Below, in pieces: positions 1 to 18,553 of a stretch of 64,000 nt of DNA (the stretch's first letter is position 1; every line of letters begins with the position of its first letter). The notes beneath the pieces were generated by a model. That model ran no database searches. It saw only the letters and a list, made by a program, of their open reading frames with translations, and was not told the origin of the DNA. Both the position numbers and the translations under genes were made by a program. The stretch comes from the human T2T-CHM13v2.0 reference genome, Homo sapiens, in assembly GCF_009914755.1 (NCBI RefSeq), contig NC_060932.1, one strand, 5' to 3'.

Positions 1-589
1 AAAAGGAAACCTTCCAGAAGCAAGCTCTATGTGCAGTAATTGAGAAGTTGTTAAATTATGGTATATGCATATAGTCTATAATTATTAAAATGTGTTTGTA
101 TTTATGATATTTTATTAACATGGACAAATAACTATATTACTCTAAATCAAATCATGACACAAAATTATAACATTTATCATGAACACACATGAAGAGACAG
201 ACTAGAAGAACACGAAAAGTAGGTAGTGATAGAGGTGGAGTTAGAAAGGATCATAAATTATGTAAATGAGTTTGACTTTTTCAAATATTCTATAATGTTT
301 TTAATCAGAAAAAAAGAATCATTTTAGAATATGCCCTGTGTTACTTTTCATCACATATACTAGATGGTATAAAACACAATGCTATTTTATGTATTAAAAC
401 TAATTTTTAAAAATTTTTTCATCAAAATTCCTGTTGGATTTTCTAGATACCAGGGAAAATTTGGAATAGACCCAATTATATATTAGCACCAAATCTTTGG
501 ACCTTTGGTACACTATTTTTTGATAGTACCTTAAAATATAACAAAACTACTATTTACTTAAAAAATAATCAATATGCCTGACATAGAAA

Positions 590-835
590 TATACAAATTA
601 GATTGGATTCTGGAAGAGAAAGGGGACATTAGTGGACACTGACATAATTTAGATAAGGTCTAGAAATTAGATAATAATATTGAATCAGTATTAATTTTCT
701 GATTTTGATAATGGTACAATGGTTATGTAAGATGCTAATATTGGGCATCAGAGTGAAACGTATGCAGGAATTTTTTGTACTGTTGTTGCAACATTTTTTG
801 AGTATAAAATTGTTTCAAAATTAAAAGCTAAAAAC
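590..835 (+). mobile_element. Ancient L1M 3'-end fragment (approximate bounds)
   Basis: Resembles mammalian-wide L1 3'UTR sequence (gataatggtacaatggttatgtaagatg...tttgtactgttgttgcaac). Confidence 0.55.
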
Positions 836-1276
836 ATGTTTTTTAAAAAAAACAATTAAACAAATTAACCAAAGGAAACCACAAATGCCAGCCCACATCC
901 ATCTTGATTGTCTGGAAAATTCCTACCTATCCTTTAAAACCTAACTCATTGTCATCTCCAGGGATCCTCGTCTGACTCTGTCCTATGTCCTGTTCCACTT
1001 CTGGGCTGCCTTAATGCCTTAGGCATTATTTTATTTTTTGACTTATCACATTTTACTCTCATTGCTATTACTTGTCGAGGCTCCAACTAGACAATGTGCC
1101 CCTTGAGGGCAGGGCCTGTCTCATTGAATTATACATCCCAGTCATCAATTTCAGTGGCTGGCACACAATAGGACTGAACAGAAGTTTCATAATCTAATAA
1201 ACATGTGACTGTTTATTACACAAAGGAAGGATCTGGCACAGTAACATCGAGATGAGCTATGTTTGTCCTATCACTA

Positions 1277-1540
<264 letters not shown>

Positions 1541-2129
1541 TTACCCAGGTAGTTTCAACTTCAACACCCTCTGGAAATTTGCACAAATTTCCAGACTTGT
1601 CCTATAGAGAGAAAAAATGTTGACACACCACACACTAGTGTCATCACACAAGGACATTCTGTCCTGAGGTTTAACAATGCACAGCAGATGGCATAGAGGT
1701 ATCGCGGGGGCCTATGGGAGGTTGAGAAAAGAAGTCACTAAGCAGGGGCTTTGCGTTTGTGAGGGGAGATGAAGCCTGCTCTCATCAGCCATGAAAGCTA
1801 AGGAGACACACAGAAAGCTACTCTGGACACAGAGAAATAAGCAACAAGAATGGGACCAAAAAAGCCTTTTGGGGATAGAAATATTAAGGGGTTCATAAGG
1901 AAAAGTCAGTCTGACTATCTTGTTCTTCCTCCTCAACTCCAGCACCTCTCCTAATTCCAGCCTTCACCACGTCCCATGCTTTAGGAAAACAGCCTCAGAA
2001 CTCACCTCTCTGCAGCCAGTCTTGCCTTCCTGCAATCTGTCCCCACAATGCAGACAGAGGGACCCTTCAAATTAAACATCACAGTGTATCCCTGCAGGCC
2101 TCAGAGCCCATCGTGAACTTCCTGAGCAC

Positions 2130-2490
2130 TGCAGACTACCCGGACACTCCATCTGTACTGAGACTGTCCTTCTCATTCCCCAGATCCTGCTGGGTGGGCG
2201 GCTGTCAGCTCTTAGCTATGTGTGCCCTACTGAAGTGTGGGTCCCCTCATCAGACATCACACATTGGGGGCAGCCTACTTCAACAGCTGGCCAATACATG
2301 GGCGAGGAAGACAAAGGTGTAATGGTCAGCCCCTCCCCTTCCTTCAGGACAGCTCTCCAGGGCCACCCCAGCTCCTGCACCCCTGATGGACTCTACAGTG
2401 ATCACACTGCAGTCCCACCTTCTTCTGCCAAGCCCTGCCTCCCTCCTCCTCCTCCACAGGAGATAGCTCTAAGAGCTCAACTCAACACAC
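2130..2490 (+). mobile_element. Degenerate ERVL LTR, LTR16-like (approximate bounds)
   Basis: Recognisable LTR16-type segments (ccttcttctgccaagccctgcctccct...ccacagg). Confidence 0.4.
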
Positions 2491-3208
2491 AGAGGCAGAA
2501 AGTAGGAAAGGAACTCAGCCAGGCTCACAGATGAGCCCGTGGCTACACCAGATTCACAGGCACAGAGGGATCAGCAGAGTCAGTGTTTACAGGACGGTGG
2601 AAGATTGTGACCAAGAACAGACCCTGGGCCAGGCCAGCTTGTGTGGTGGGACTGAGCAGGGCAATCAGTCAGCTGCTCCACTCGCCGACTGGACATGGGG
2701 ACCACTCGGCAATGATCACCATTACTGCTGTCCTCTGTGGACATTCCCATGTAGCAGGTAGGGTCTTCAACACCTCTATGCACTTCCACATGACAGAGAG
2801 AGGGTGCAGGTATCATAGCAGGCCTGCCTGACAATGACCCCCGTCTCCCACTGCACAGTCAACATCAGTGGAAAATGTTGCATCTGCCTTTTTTGTAGAT
2901 GGGCCTGTACCTGGGTGAAGCTGGCACACAGATCTTAGGCCTATGCAATGAGAACATTGAAAAACTGGCAGAAAGTGGAAGCTACAGCTTCTGGCTATTG
3001 AAATGATCTTACACACACCTTGGCTCAATCTCTCACGTGCCATATGGGCAATGGGCAAGAGGAGCTGAGTTCCTGGTAGCTGTTGGCCTCCCAATGAGCC
3101 AAAGAGGCTTTGAGTGCTGGGCCTCCTGACTAGGCCCTTCTGTGAGTGAATCAATGTAGCATTATATCTCATTTGTGTCTCAGGAGTTGAATCCCAAGCT
3201 CAAACTCA

Positions 3209-3445
<237 letters not shown>

Positions 3446-3731
3446 TTAGTTAACTTGAAAATAAGAGAGAAGTAGGCATACTAGCAAATAGTTGGGAAGT
3501 TAGAGGTAAATTTGTCCTCTCACGTACTGCTGGAAAGGACTTAAATCATCCTGCAAAAATGATGACAGGACAACAGCCTTCGGAGTAAGAAACTACCCAC
3601 ACTCTTCAATCCAGTCAATCTCCTTCCGAAAAAGAAGCCTAGGGTAATAATTTTCAATGCGAAAAGAATATAAAATGATCCTTACAGATACATTTAGGAT
3701 ACAGTAAAGCTAAAATAAATGTCTCACTTCA

Positions 3732-4046
<315 letters not shown>

Positions 4047-5408
4047 TCATGCGTTTAGCTAAGCTTAGGCAAACACTAACATTGATGAGTGTAAGGATTA
4101 CGTAACCACAACAAGCAAATTAATCTGATAGAAACACAAGGAAATAAGCAAGCTATGGTATGTACATATATTACACTGACTGCTACGTCAATGTGTGTGC
4201 ACAAAGATAAGTAGAATGAAATATATAAAATTACTCTGGATATGCTAGATTGGAGATATTATTGGTAAAGTCTGTCTTTTTAAAAAATATTTTATGATGC
4301 TGCAAGATTCCTTTATAACTGTGGGGGAAAAATGTAGTTTAACAAATTTGTTTCTGTCCAAAGAATGGCTTCCTTGGTTTGGGAGGAAAGACAGAGTGCA
4401 GAGGAAAGGACTTCCATTTGTTATGTGCCATTGTGTCGGATAACTCATGTTCACAAGTATGCCATAAAATAACTTAAAAGCAAACTAACTAAACTGACCA
4501 GGCCATGAGGAAATAACGTTAGTGTGGGAGAGGACAGGGGACAGTGGCAGAGGCCTGGAAGATTGCAGGGACAAGGAAGCTTATCAGGGGTGACCCTAAT
4601 GCCACATAATGGGTTTGAACAATCAGGGACTACTGAGGTAGTTGTTAAGAACATGATTTAATAAACGATTTGTTATTACATATAAAACTCAATGCCCTCC
4701 TTGGGCTTCCATACACCAAACCATGTCACCTCCTCAGTAAAATCTCATGAGTAGTATCTACAAGGTCTACAGGGTAAGTCTAACATATTCTGGAGTCAGT
4801 CGAGGTCCTTCTTTGTCTGACTCTTGCTGATATATTTAACCTCCCATAGATGTTAGTCAACCTTATTTCCTTCCCCTGTGTAATCTTCAACAATTCTATG
4901 ATACACATATGCACCTACACACCATATATATGTATACATACTTACATTGTGTACATGCTTGTACACATACATATATGTATACATACATATACACAAACAC
5001 AGATACACACACACATAACCTCCATTTTACAAACAGGAAGACTGAGGAGCACAGAGATTAAATGTCTAGGCCACAGTCTCCCTCAAGTGTCCTGGTCAGG
5101 ACTTAACCACAGGTTTGTCATGCAGGTGGCCTGATTCAGAGTCCCTGTTCTCTTCATCACAACACCGTGTCTTGTCAGTCTTTTCCAACCAGGACCCCAG
5201 AGACATTGCCTTTTTTTCACAGAAATTTGAAGGCAGAAATGATCCTGGAAAACATCTAGTGTCACCTCACTCAGCCCCCAGACACAAGGGCCACACCTCT
5301 AAGGCCAGGACTCCTCCCTCCATGCCATGCTTGGAAAAGACTGCACAGTCACAGGGTTCCAAGTGGAAGTACCTGTCCCCGGTTTCACGCCCCAGAGGCC
5401 CCAGATTA

Positions 5409-5669
<261 letters not shown>

Positions 5670-6534
5670 TCAGGGGCCATTGTTCTCCACCTCCCACTGA
5701 ATGTAGGGGAACTGGCAAAGAGAACAGGGACTGCCAACTCAACCTCATCAGGTTTCAAAACACTGGCCATGAGAAGCCTGAGATGGGGTCTTTGTGAATG
5801 GGAGCTTTGTGCCCAGTCAGGGGAGAAGTGTGGGCATTTCAGCCAGCTTCATGCTGCTAGAGCAGCCTGCTTTAATTCCACCTGGGGGAAGGGAAGGTCC
5901 TTCCTGAAATGCACCTCTGAGCATTGAAATCTCCTGGTCATTCACAGGATCAAGTCCCAAGTCCTTATCCTGCTTGGGAGGCCATTCATATACGGATGGC
6001 CTCACAATGCCATTCATCCTCTCCTTCACCCGCTGTGTATATATTGAACCACCTGCTCACAGCCCATGCTGTTAGACCCCCTCCTGCAGGCTCTGCTCCA
6101 GCCATACTGCTACTCACAGGCCCACGTGTTCAATGAATCATTATTCTCAAGTTAAATACTTATTTATTGAGAGCCTATTATATGAGAGGCTATACCTCCC
6201 CACCTCTACTCATGATGAGCATAAAACCATCCAAGAAAAGAAATCAGTGTCACCCTATGAAACTGCCTCACCTAGCTTTTCTTTTATTCTTTTTTTTAAA
6301 AATCTAACCTCTATAGGCTTCATTTGTGGAATAAAGAAGTAATATTTTGCATATGAAGACTAAATGGGATAATGTATATCAAGGGATTAGCACTATGTCT
6401 ACATATTCAATTGCATGAAAAATGCAAGCTGCTTACTAGCACTGTCGTCACTGAAACATTTGGTACAGTGTAAGAATAAAAGTAGTGTTGATTGAAACTC
6501 TCTCTTTGGGGTGGGCAACTCATTCTGCTTCTTC

Positions 6535-6847
6535 TTTTTTTTTTTTTTTTTTTTTTTTTTTTGAGATGGAGTCTCACTCTGTCGCCCAGGCTGGAGTGCA
6601 GTGGCGCAATAATCTCGGCTCACTGCAAGCTCTGCCTCCCAGGTTCACGCCATTCTCCTGCGTCAGCCTCCTGAGTAGCTGGGACTGCAGGTGCCCGCCA
6701 CCACTCCCAGCTAATATTTTTGTGTTTTTAGTAGAGATGGGGTTTCCCTGTGTTAGCCAGGATGGTCTCGATCTCCTGATCTCGTGATCCGCCCGCCTCA
6801 GCCTCCCAAAGTGCTGGGATTACAGGTGTGAGCCACCGCGCCCGGCC
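6535..6847 (-). mobile_element. AluY element
   Basis: Long poly-T; AluY diagnostics (gcaagctc...ttcacgccattctcc, ttagccaggatggtctcgatc). Confidence 0.93.
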
Positions 6848-7254
6848 TTTTTCAAACATCATCTCAGTGCTAGTTCCTCTTAATAGATAAGAAAACAGAG
6901 GTTTAGAGGTTTAGAAACCTTGCAAAAGGTTATATATCTGGTACATGGCAAGAAACAAGATTCCAACTTGTGAGTGTTAGAACAAGAATTCAAACCTAGG
7001 AATTTTTGTTTTAAGTCCAAGACTCTTTCTACAGAACTACAAAATTTTTATTCTCCCTGACACAAACTATGGCAGAGATGAATGTGTACGCCAGACCTGG
7101 TACTTACTTCTGCTTTAAAAGTAATTTATTAAAAGTCACAAGTTAGCTTAGCTCAGTGGTATACAGAAGGCATCATATTATTGCTTTTATACAGCAAACA
7201 CTCAAAAATGTCCCCCCTCTTCCCCCAGCATTAACTACCTGTGGTTTCCTTTTA

Positions 7255-7431
<177 letters not shown>

Positions 7432-8382
7432 CTAAACACTGTGGCGCCTACTGGGGATGTGCCTACCTCTGATGTTACGGCTACAGGATAAGATATGACT
7501 TCAGGACAAAAGGCCCACAGACTGGGGCTCTAAGAAAGAAACATGGAGATGCTCAGGAACGCTCAGCTGGGAGGGTGGCTGACACTGAAGTAGCAAGCTT
7601 GTGGTGCCGACTGCCACACCACGTGCCTGGCGTGTCAGCGTGACACTGGGATTGCTGCCCCTGCTTCACAGAGGAGGAAATAGACTCTGGGAGGGGAGGC
7701 CGCCTATTCACCTCACATGACCCAGCGTTCACACCAAGACAGGCCTGAATCCAAAGGCCCTGCCCTTTCTGTGGCATAGCCTTTAGAGTATGCAGTCAGC
7801 TTTGGGAAGGATCGTAAAGTCACCCACGTCTTAGGATGGATGGTTGAAGGATCCAGGAGATCAAAGGAAGAGGAGGAATGCCACACATGTCCTTGAATAT
7901 TTGAAGGGCAGCAACAAGGAAGATATATTAGATTGGTTTCTATAACCTCAAGGACTAACTTTTAGAAACATGAATTAGAGTCAAAGAGAAATAGATTTGG
8001 GGCCAATATCCAAAAATGTTTGAAAAGTTCCTCATATGTGGAGCTGTCTATAACACCATGGGCTGCCAAGAGCTAGGAAAAGTGAATAGGATGTCTCACA
8101 AATGTCTATCCTGTGAAGAAAGGAGTACGTGTTGGAGGATAGGAGTGGTGAAGAGAAGACCTTTACGAGTCTCTGTCACCTGCCATCCAATGAGCTTTGA
8201 GGCGCGAGAGAATAAAGCATACTGCTAAGACTTCCTGGAACAAGAGAGAACCATAAGCTCTTCTGCTTATGGGATCTGTGCCCTGGACCTGTTGCTTCCC
8301 ATCTAAACCTCAGTCTCCTTATTTATTACAGGGGGATAGTGTCACCACCTCCTTAGTGCCATGTTAAAAATTAGGTAAAATA

Positions 8383-8683
<301 letters not shown>

Positions 8684-9232
8684 CTAAGAGAGATGCTGCT
8701 TTTTTTTCTCTAACTTTTCAGAGCCTATTTCCTCATCTATAAAATGTTAATTCAACATATACTTATTTAAACAAGTGGCTATAATTATGAGGCCTGAGTT
8801 GACCATGATGAGCTATGCTTTGGAAATCACAGTAGGTTTAAAAAGTAATATCAGGAACTCCCCAGCCAAGGCGTTTAAATCTATATTAACATATACTGCA
8901 AGTGGACCTGCTGATGAGACAACTTTCAAAAAGTAACAACAATGAGTGCATAATCAGTACTGAGTGGCCAACTCCTGCAATTAAGTGAATTGTGTAAAGG
9001 TCCAGCTCTAAAGACCTGAGGTTTCCAGGTTGAACCCAGCAGCCATGAAGCCGCATCAGAGAGTTGCTGGATGTGCACACCCGGAAGGATTACTTCCTCA
9101 CCAGATCTCTCTTGCTAACAATTCTTATCTTCCCTGAAAAGAAAACCTCACTAGCACAAATCACAAACACAAAGTGAGCAAGTGCTGCTCACTCACTTCC
9201 CTGCTCCCTCCTCTGACTGGCCTGGTTATCCT

Positions 9233-9558
9233 ATTTTATTTTAGTTTAGTTTAGTTTAGTTTTATTTTATTTTTTGAGACAGGGTCTTGCTCTTTCACCC
9301 AGGCTGGAGTGCAGTGGTGCAATCACAGTTCACTGCAACCTTGACCTCCTTGGGCTCATGTGATCCTCCCACCTCAGCCTCCCAAGTAGCTGGGAATACA
9401 GGCACACACCATCACACCAAGCTAATTTTTGTATTTTTTGGAGAGAAAGGGTCTCACTTTGTTGCCCAGGCTGTTTTTGAACTCCTAGGCTCAAGAGATC
9501 TGACTGCTTTGGCTTCCCAAAATGCTGGGATTATAGGTGCGAGCCACCGCGCCCAGCC
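9233..9558 (-). mobile_element. AluJ element with (TTTAG)n tail
   Basis: AluJ diagnostics (gagacagggtct, tgatcctcccacctcagcc). Confidence 0.9.
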
Positions 9559-10198
9559 ATCCTCTCTGAATACTGCATCAGATTTGTTCACGTATTAAAG
9601 TTGGGTGCACACAGGAATTACCTTCCTGGAGATCATATATAGTATCCTCCTCTCCAGCACAGCCTGACATGGACCCTGCCTAACTCCCAGAAGCTGTGTT
9701 CCCTGTCCTGTGAGGAGATGGTGCTATCAATGTGTGATAGAACTGCCATGAAGATAAAATGGGGAAACAGGTACGGAGTACTCAGATGCTCCAAAAAGTC
9801 ATTCTCTTCTCTCTCCGTCAACATCTATACCTCTGTGTACTGCATGGTGCACAACTTTGTATAGAGCAGGTGCCCAAGTAAAGGCAGCAGAACTGAGCGC
9901 CAACAGTTAGGAAGGGAGTCATTATCCAAATAATTGATGCTCTCACTTGCCACCCACCCTAATGCCCTGTGAGGGCAAAGGCTCCCGTCAACCGATACAC
10001 ATGTTCTCATTTCTTACCGTTTCCTCTCCCTCCCGAAATAAAACAGTCTCTTCTTTCCAACCCATCCAAATGCCTGGCCAGCATCTCTTTTCAAGGTCTC
10101 CTCCTATCTGTGTGTGTCCATAAATTATCATGGTGCATTTAGGAGGCTCATATAAGCATGCATCCAGGGTTCTTCCAGTTCTGATATTTGTATCATCA

Positions 10199-10330
<132 letters not shown>

Positions 10331-12294
10331 TTAGTCATATAAAAGGTTGACACACGAGGAATTTCTTTCTCTCTCCCTCTTTCCCCATTTCTACTGGGTT
10401 TTGTCACTTTTGGTTAAGTAGATAATATAAACAACTAAAACAGCTAGAAACCCCGGCTCTCCTGTTACCCCTTGGCCCCCCACACTCAGAGTCTGGTTCT
10501 TTCTAGCGGTCCCACCTCGATAGAGTTATCCCTGATCTGTGAGCATGTGGCTTGTGAACACTCTGCATACAGGAACAGTGGGAGATACACCGCCTCCCCT
10601 TCTTCCACAGCAAATTCCATTTTGCAAGCAGTTCTTTCGAATGGCTGATGGGGCACAATGCGACTCCTACGAGCCCCATCTTCAGTTACTTACTTAAAAG
10701 GAAGACTATCTAGTGCTGCCTTTTCTAGGTAATCTGCAAGCCTCCCTACCTCCCAACTGGCCAATCATGGCACAGTTATCTAAATAGAATAGGACTGTCT
10801 CTTGGGAACAAGAGACACGGCAGAGCAAGCTCTACGGAGGCACAGCAGTGGCCATCGGGGCAGAGGAATGAAAGGTTAAGAATGCAAGGTTATCAAGGCA
10901 CAAAGAATACAGGAAATGCATTCCCAAAATAAAAGTCATGTGAAAAAAAAATGGATTTACTACGACAGAATAAGGTTTATATGAAGTATAGTGAGGCATA
11001 AATTTAATGCTGGCCGTAGGGGTTCAATTGTGTCTTAATAAATTTTTGTCCTATTTCTTAAAAGTTCCCTGTACAGTTGAAAGTTAGAAGCTGGGTATTT
11101 GGATATATAAATTACCTACTTTGTCATGTAAATATACCCCACAGGTCATAGTTCCAAAATAGTTTGTTAACTGTGAGTGACAAATATCATTCTTTATGAA
11201 ACTACCCAATGATTCAAAGGAGGGTGAAAGTGCCACACGGAATTGGAGGAAGTCCAGGTGTTTGGAGTTATCTCTAATGCTTAAGGATGACTCAGATATG
11301 CCCATACGCCCCCTATGTTGGTGGCCTGTCAGAGTACATGCCCAAACTTGTAGAGTCACAGTCATAAAATGGTCATTTTTTTAAAGGAAATCTGTGCATT
11401 TTGTGTTATGAGGTTAATTATTATTCATTCCCTCTTTCATTTTTGTCAGTAAAATTAGGCTCTTTGGTCCCACTGTTTCTATTGTTTAAAGTTCCCTAAT
11501 GATATGCCAGGGCCTGCCTTAGGAAAAAAAAAAAGCTGCAAGTGTTTATATTCAGCATTAAGTGTTAAGTAATGGGTAGAAATGGCCCCCTCTCCTTCAG
11601 CTACTGAGGGAAAGAGAACTTTCTGCAACTTAAAATTTTCTCAGAAAATATGATTTAATAAGGTGTTATTAATAAACTGAGAACATTTATAAGAATACGA
11701 ATCTTGAGGTTTTTGTACAACATGAAGAGTTGTGTAAATATTCATAACTGTTATCAATGTGCTCCGCTCTCTGTTAATACAAATAAGCCCTTGGAAATTG
11801 AATTTGAACAAGTGGATCCTGAAAATTCTGCAGAGTTTAGACATATGCACCTTGAACTAGAGAAGTCATCTTCCAAAGCACCCTATGCTTGGTATCGGTT
11901 GTGGTTTTCATGACTTGTTGCCCAGTTGATAATGTGATCTATGGCTCCGTTTTCTGACAGTACAAAAGGGGTGAAGCAGCTCTATCTTTATAACATTCCT
12001 CATCTTTCACATGCATGATGGAAAAAAAAATTGCCTATAACCTGATCCGATTTCTTATTTTAACAAAGTTATTGAGAGTCTTATCTCATTTTACTTTAGT
12101 GTCATATACATGAGAGGAACAGACTGGTCATGCATGACATCGAGCTGATGAGTGAGAAAGTTTTTTTGTTCCTGCAAATCCCAGAACCTAGCAAAGTCCC
12201 TGGTATACAAAAGGTATCCTATAAGTGGGAGGTAAATAAACATAGGTAGCAAGATAGTCTGGGCCACTAACCTGAGCTCCTCAAAATGAATACA

Positions 12295-12560
12295 TTTATT
12301 CATTCTTCTCCATTTCTTCCTTTATTCAGACCATTGTATTGACTCATGAATTCCATGAATTCATGGATTCAAATTACTGTATTCATGCACTTCATTAATA
12401 TATTCATTCCCATAATACATTAATTTCATTAATTCATTCACTCCATTCTTTCTTTCACTTTGACACTCATTGTATTCATCATTTATTCCATTTATTTATG
12501 TATTGATTTATTCCATTCACTCCTTCGCTACATTTATTCATTCATTCATGTATTTTATTT
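12295..12560. repeat. Degenerate (TTCA)n-rich low-complexity tract
   Basis: Many imperfect attc/ttca units. Confidence 0.7.
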
Positions 12561-12753
12561 ACTTAACAGGTTTTTTGTGACCGAGAGATATTTTCTTCAA
12601 CAGCAAGCCATGCCATTTCCTTAGATTCATCATAATTACTGTCATTCCACAGTTGCTAATTGAACATTCTGTTGAATGAATACCTCATCTAAATTAATAC
12701 ATAAATATTATAAGTTGTATATATGACAGAATTTGGGAAGAAAACTTGTTTTA

Positions 12754-12948
<195 letters not shown>

Positions 12949-13125
12949 TCACAAGCCAAGCTGTGTACTTCATGTTGAACAGGAAATGAGCTGGGCTGGT
13001 ATGTAGAAGGGCTGAGCACCCACAAGCCAAGTGCCTGCTGAGTGGCAAAGCTGACTTGAGCCCCCAGGGAACATGCTAGTGAGTGAAGCTTTGTTCTGAA
13101 CAAGGAGGCAGGAAAGCACTCTATA

Positions 13126-13400
13126 AAAACCAAACACCGCATGTTCTCACTCATAGGTGGGAATTGAACAATGAGAACACTTGGACACAGGAAGGGGAAC
13201 ATCGCACACCGGGGACTGTTGTGGGGTGGGGGGAGGGAGGAGGGATAGCATTAGGAGATATACCTAACGTAAATGATGAGTTAATGGGTGCAGCACACCA
13301 ACATGGCACATGTATACATATGTAACAAACCTGCATGTTGTGCACATGTACCCTAAAACTTAAAGTATAATAATAAAAAAATAAATAAATAAATAAATAA
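13126..13400 (+). mobile_element. 5'-truncated primate L1PA (3'UTR plus poly-A only)
   Basis: Near-consensus L1PA 3' end: G-rich tract, gtaccctaaaacttaaagtataataat, A-rich tail. Confidence 0.93.
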
Positions 13401-13885
13401 AATTTAAAAAAGAGAAAACCAAAAACAAAAAAAACCCGAAGCTTCTATGGGTTTTGGTTCTGCAGATGCTTATGTGATTCCTGCATTGAACAGGAGACAG
13501 AGTGACAGGACATCAAAGATTCTACCCAGCTCCAAGGCCCCATGCAATCTTTAAAAAGTGAAAGCTTCTTGACTTGATTGACACCCAGGCCCTCCATGGC
13601 TTGGCCTTCCCCTGCTTCTCTAGCACCACTCCTCACCACTCCCAGCCTCCACAAATAACACATTTCTTATAATTCTCTGCATGAACTACATGACTTGGCT
13701 TTACTTCCATGCCTTGGTGCCTGAGGGCCTGTGTGCCTGAAATGCCTTTCTCACTTAGCTATGATGCTCTTTGTCTGGTTACCTGGCAAGATGATGGTTA
13801 AGGGACTGGACTCTGGAGTCAGACTGCCAAGGTCAGAATCTCAAATTTGACACTCACTATTTCTTGTTATTATCTGTTATTAGCC

Positions 13886-13916
13886 TCATCATCATCATCA
13901 TCATCATCACCATCAT
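13886..13916. repeat. (ATC)n microsatellite
   Basis: About 10 imperfect tca/cat units. Confidence 0.85.
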
Positions 13917-14625
13917 TGTCTCATATTTTCTTCTCAGAGTAGATGCCATCTTCTCTAGGAAGCTTTGCCTGGCTGCTATCCCTATTCACACCCATTTCCC
14001 CAAGCCAAATTAGGTGCTTTTCCTTTTGGCTCCACCACGCGCACATGAAACATCATATTTACCCAGTCACTGCCCTCATCTACTTCTCTCATGTGTCTGT
14101 CTCTCCGTTAGACTGCAGGTACAATAAAAGCAAGGGAAACCCTGACCAGGCAGGCACTGGACAGCATCTACTATGTCTGCTGTGTACTCATGGAATTAAT
14201 GACAAGTACCATATGATAGGTAGTTAACATTCTTTATAAAACAAAAATCCAATGTTTACCTGCCTGTGGCAATTTCTTTTGGAGACACCGTTAATATGTA
14301 ACTCTTTAGCATTTTGCAAAAGGGTAAAGAAGATGGGATGTTTTGACAAAATGATTCTATTATATACATAATCAGATATATAGTTTATAGATGGGAGAGC
14401 AATATGAATACAAACCCAATACAAGGATGAGGAAATGAATTCTGGCATTACAAAGGTAAACTTAGAAGCCCCACAATGTTAAAGGGTGCTTGGGAGTCAA
14501 ATCTGATGAAGAATTGTATTCCCCAAAGGCTCTCAAAGAACTCCCCTTTCAAAACATGAAAAGGTAGAGGTACAATGATATTCATAAGAGAGTTATAATA
14601 TTCGTAATAAAAATTGAACAAAATT

Positions 14626-14940
<315 letters not shown>

Positions 14941-15418
14941 TTAAAGGTTCATTTGTAAAGAATTTGGTTAATAAGTCATGGTATATTCATGCAATAGAAT
15001 ATTGTGTAATCATTACAATGATGATGCAAACATAGATTTATAAACATAGAAAGATATTTCTAATATATTATTAAATTAAACATTTACAATTGCCATTTGT
15101 ACAGAATGGTCTCATTTTTGTATAAAAAGCATAAATCAATATAGATTCACATAGAAGAAATGCAGAAGAATATACACAGTGGTTACATTTGAAGGTAGAC
15201 TTATTGACCATTTTTACTTCCTTTCAGTATTCTGCATTTTAAATTCCTATGATATGAATTAAATATATATGATATATTATCTATAATATGGTATATTACC
15301 TTATTTAAATCAGAAAATCACAGATATCTAAATTTTGAAACAGTATGCATGAAATGGAGAAATATGTGGAAAAATCTAAAAGACTGTTGTGGGAAAGGTA
15401 AGCCCGTCAGCCAGCTTA

Positions 15419-17464
<2,046 letters not shown>

Positions 17465-17795
17465 TTATATTATAGTGTAAGAATCTGTGTTTACAAGTTA
17501 TCCAAATGTCTAACTGTATAATAAAGAATTTAGCTATGCGGACTCGGTTCGAAGATGCGAGAATAGGAAGAGCTCCAGTCTACAGCTCCCAGTGTGAGCG
17601 ATGCAGAAGACGGGTGATTTCTGCATTTCCAAGTGAGGTACCGGGTCCATCTCATTGGGACTTGTTGGACAGTGAGTGCAGCCCACGGAGTGTGAGACAA
17701 AGCAGGGCGGGGCATCACCTCACCCAGGAAGTGCAAGGGGTCAGGGCATTCCCTTTCCTAGCCAAGGGAAGCCATGATAGATGGTACCTGGAAAA

Positions 17796-17978
17796 TCAGG
17801 ACACTCCCACCCTAATACTGCACTTTTCCAACTGTGTTAGCAAACAGCACACCAGGAGATTATATCCCGCACCTGGCTTGGAGGGTCCTACACCCATGAA
17901 GCCTAGCTCACTGCTAGCACAGCAGTCTGAGATCAAACTGCAAGGCAGCAGCGAGGCTGGGGGAGGGGTGTCCACCAT
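17796..17978 (-). other. L1 ORF0 (60 aa, shortened by a TGA) in the antisense-promoter region; splice donors at 17872 and 17787
   Basis: MVDTPPPASLLPCSLISDCCAS... matches primate L1 ORF0; ATG in GCAATGG context. Confidence 0.88.
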
Positions 17979-18553
17979 TGCTGAGGCTTGAGTAGGTAAA
18001 CAAAGTGGCCAGGAAGCTCAAACTGGGTGGAGCCCACCACAGCTAAAGGAGGCCTGCCTGCCTCTGTAGACTCCACCTCTCGGGGCAGGGCATAGCTGAA
18101 CAAAAGGCAGCAGAAACTTCTGCAGACTAAAACTTCCCTGTCTGACAGCTTTGAAGAGAGTAGTGGTTCTCCCAGCACGGAGTTTGAAATCTGAGAACAG
18201 ACAGACTGCCTCCTCAAGTGGGTCCCTGACCCCCGAGTAGCCTAACTAGGAGACACCTCCCAGTAGGCGCTGACTGACACCTCATACAGCTGGGTGCCCC
18301 TCTGAGATGAAGCTTCCAGTGGAAGGATCAGGCAGCAACATTTGCTGTTCTGTAATATTTGCTGTTCTGCAGCCTCCACTGGTGATACCCAGGCAAACAG
18401 GATCTGGAGTGGACCTCCAGCAAACTCCAAAAGACCTGCAGCTGAGGGTCCTGACTGTTAGAAGGAAAACTAACAAACAGAAAGGACATCCACACCAAAA
18501 CCCCATCTGTACGTCACCATCATCAAAGACCAAAGGTAGATAAAACCACAAAG

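Noticed and set aside
11300-11325. CTCF-like motif (ACATAGGGGGCGT on the minus strand)
   Set aside because: Only the 3' half matches; the conserved CCAS 5' core is absent.
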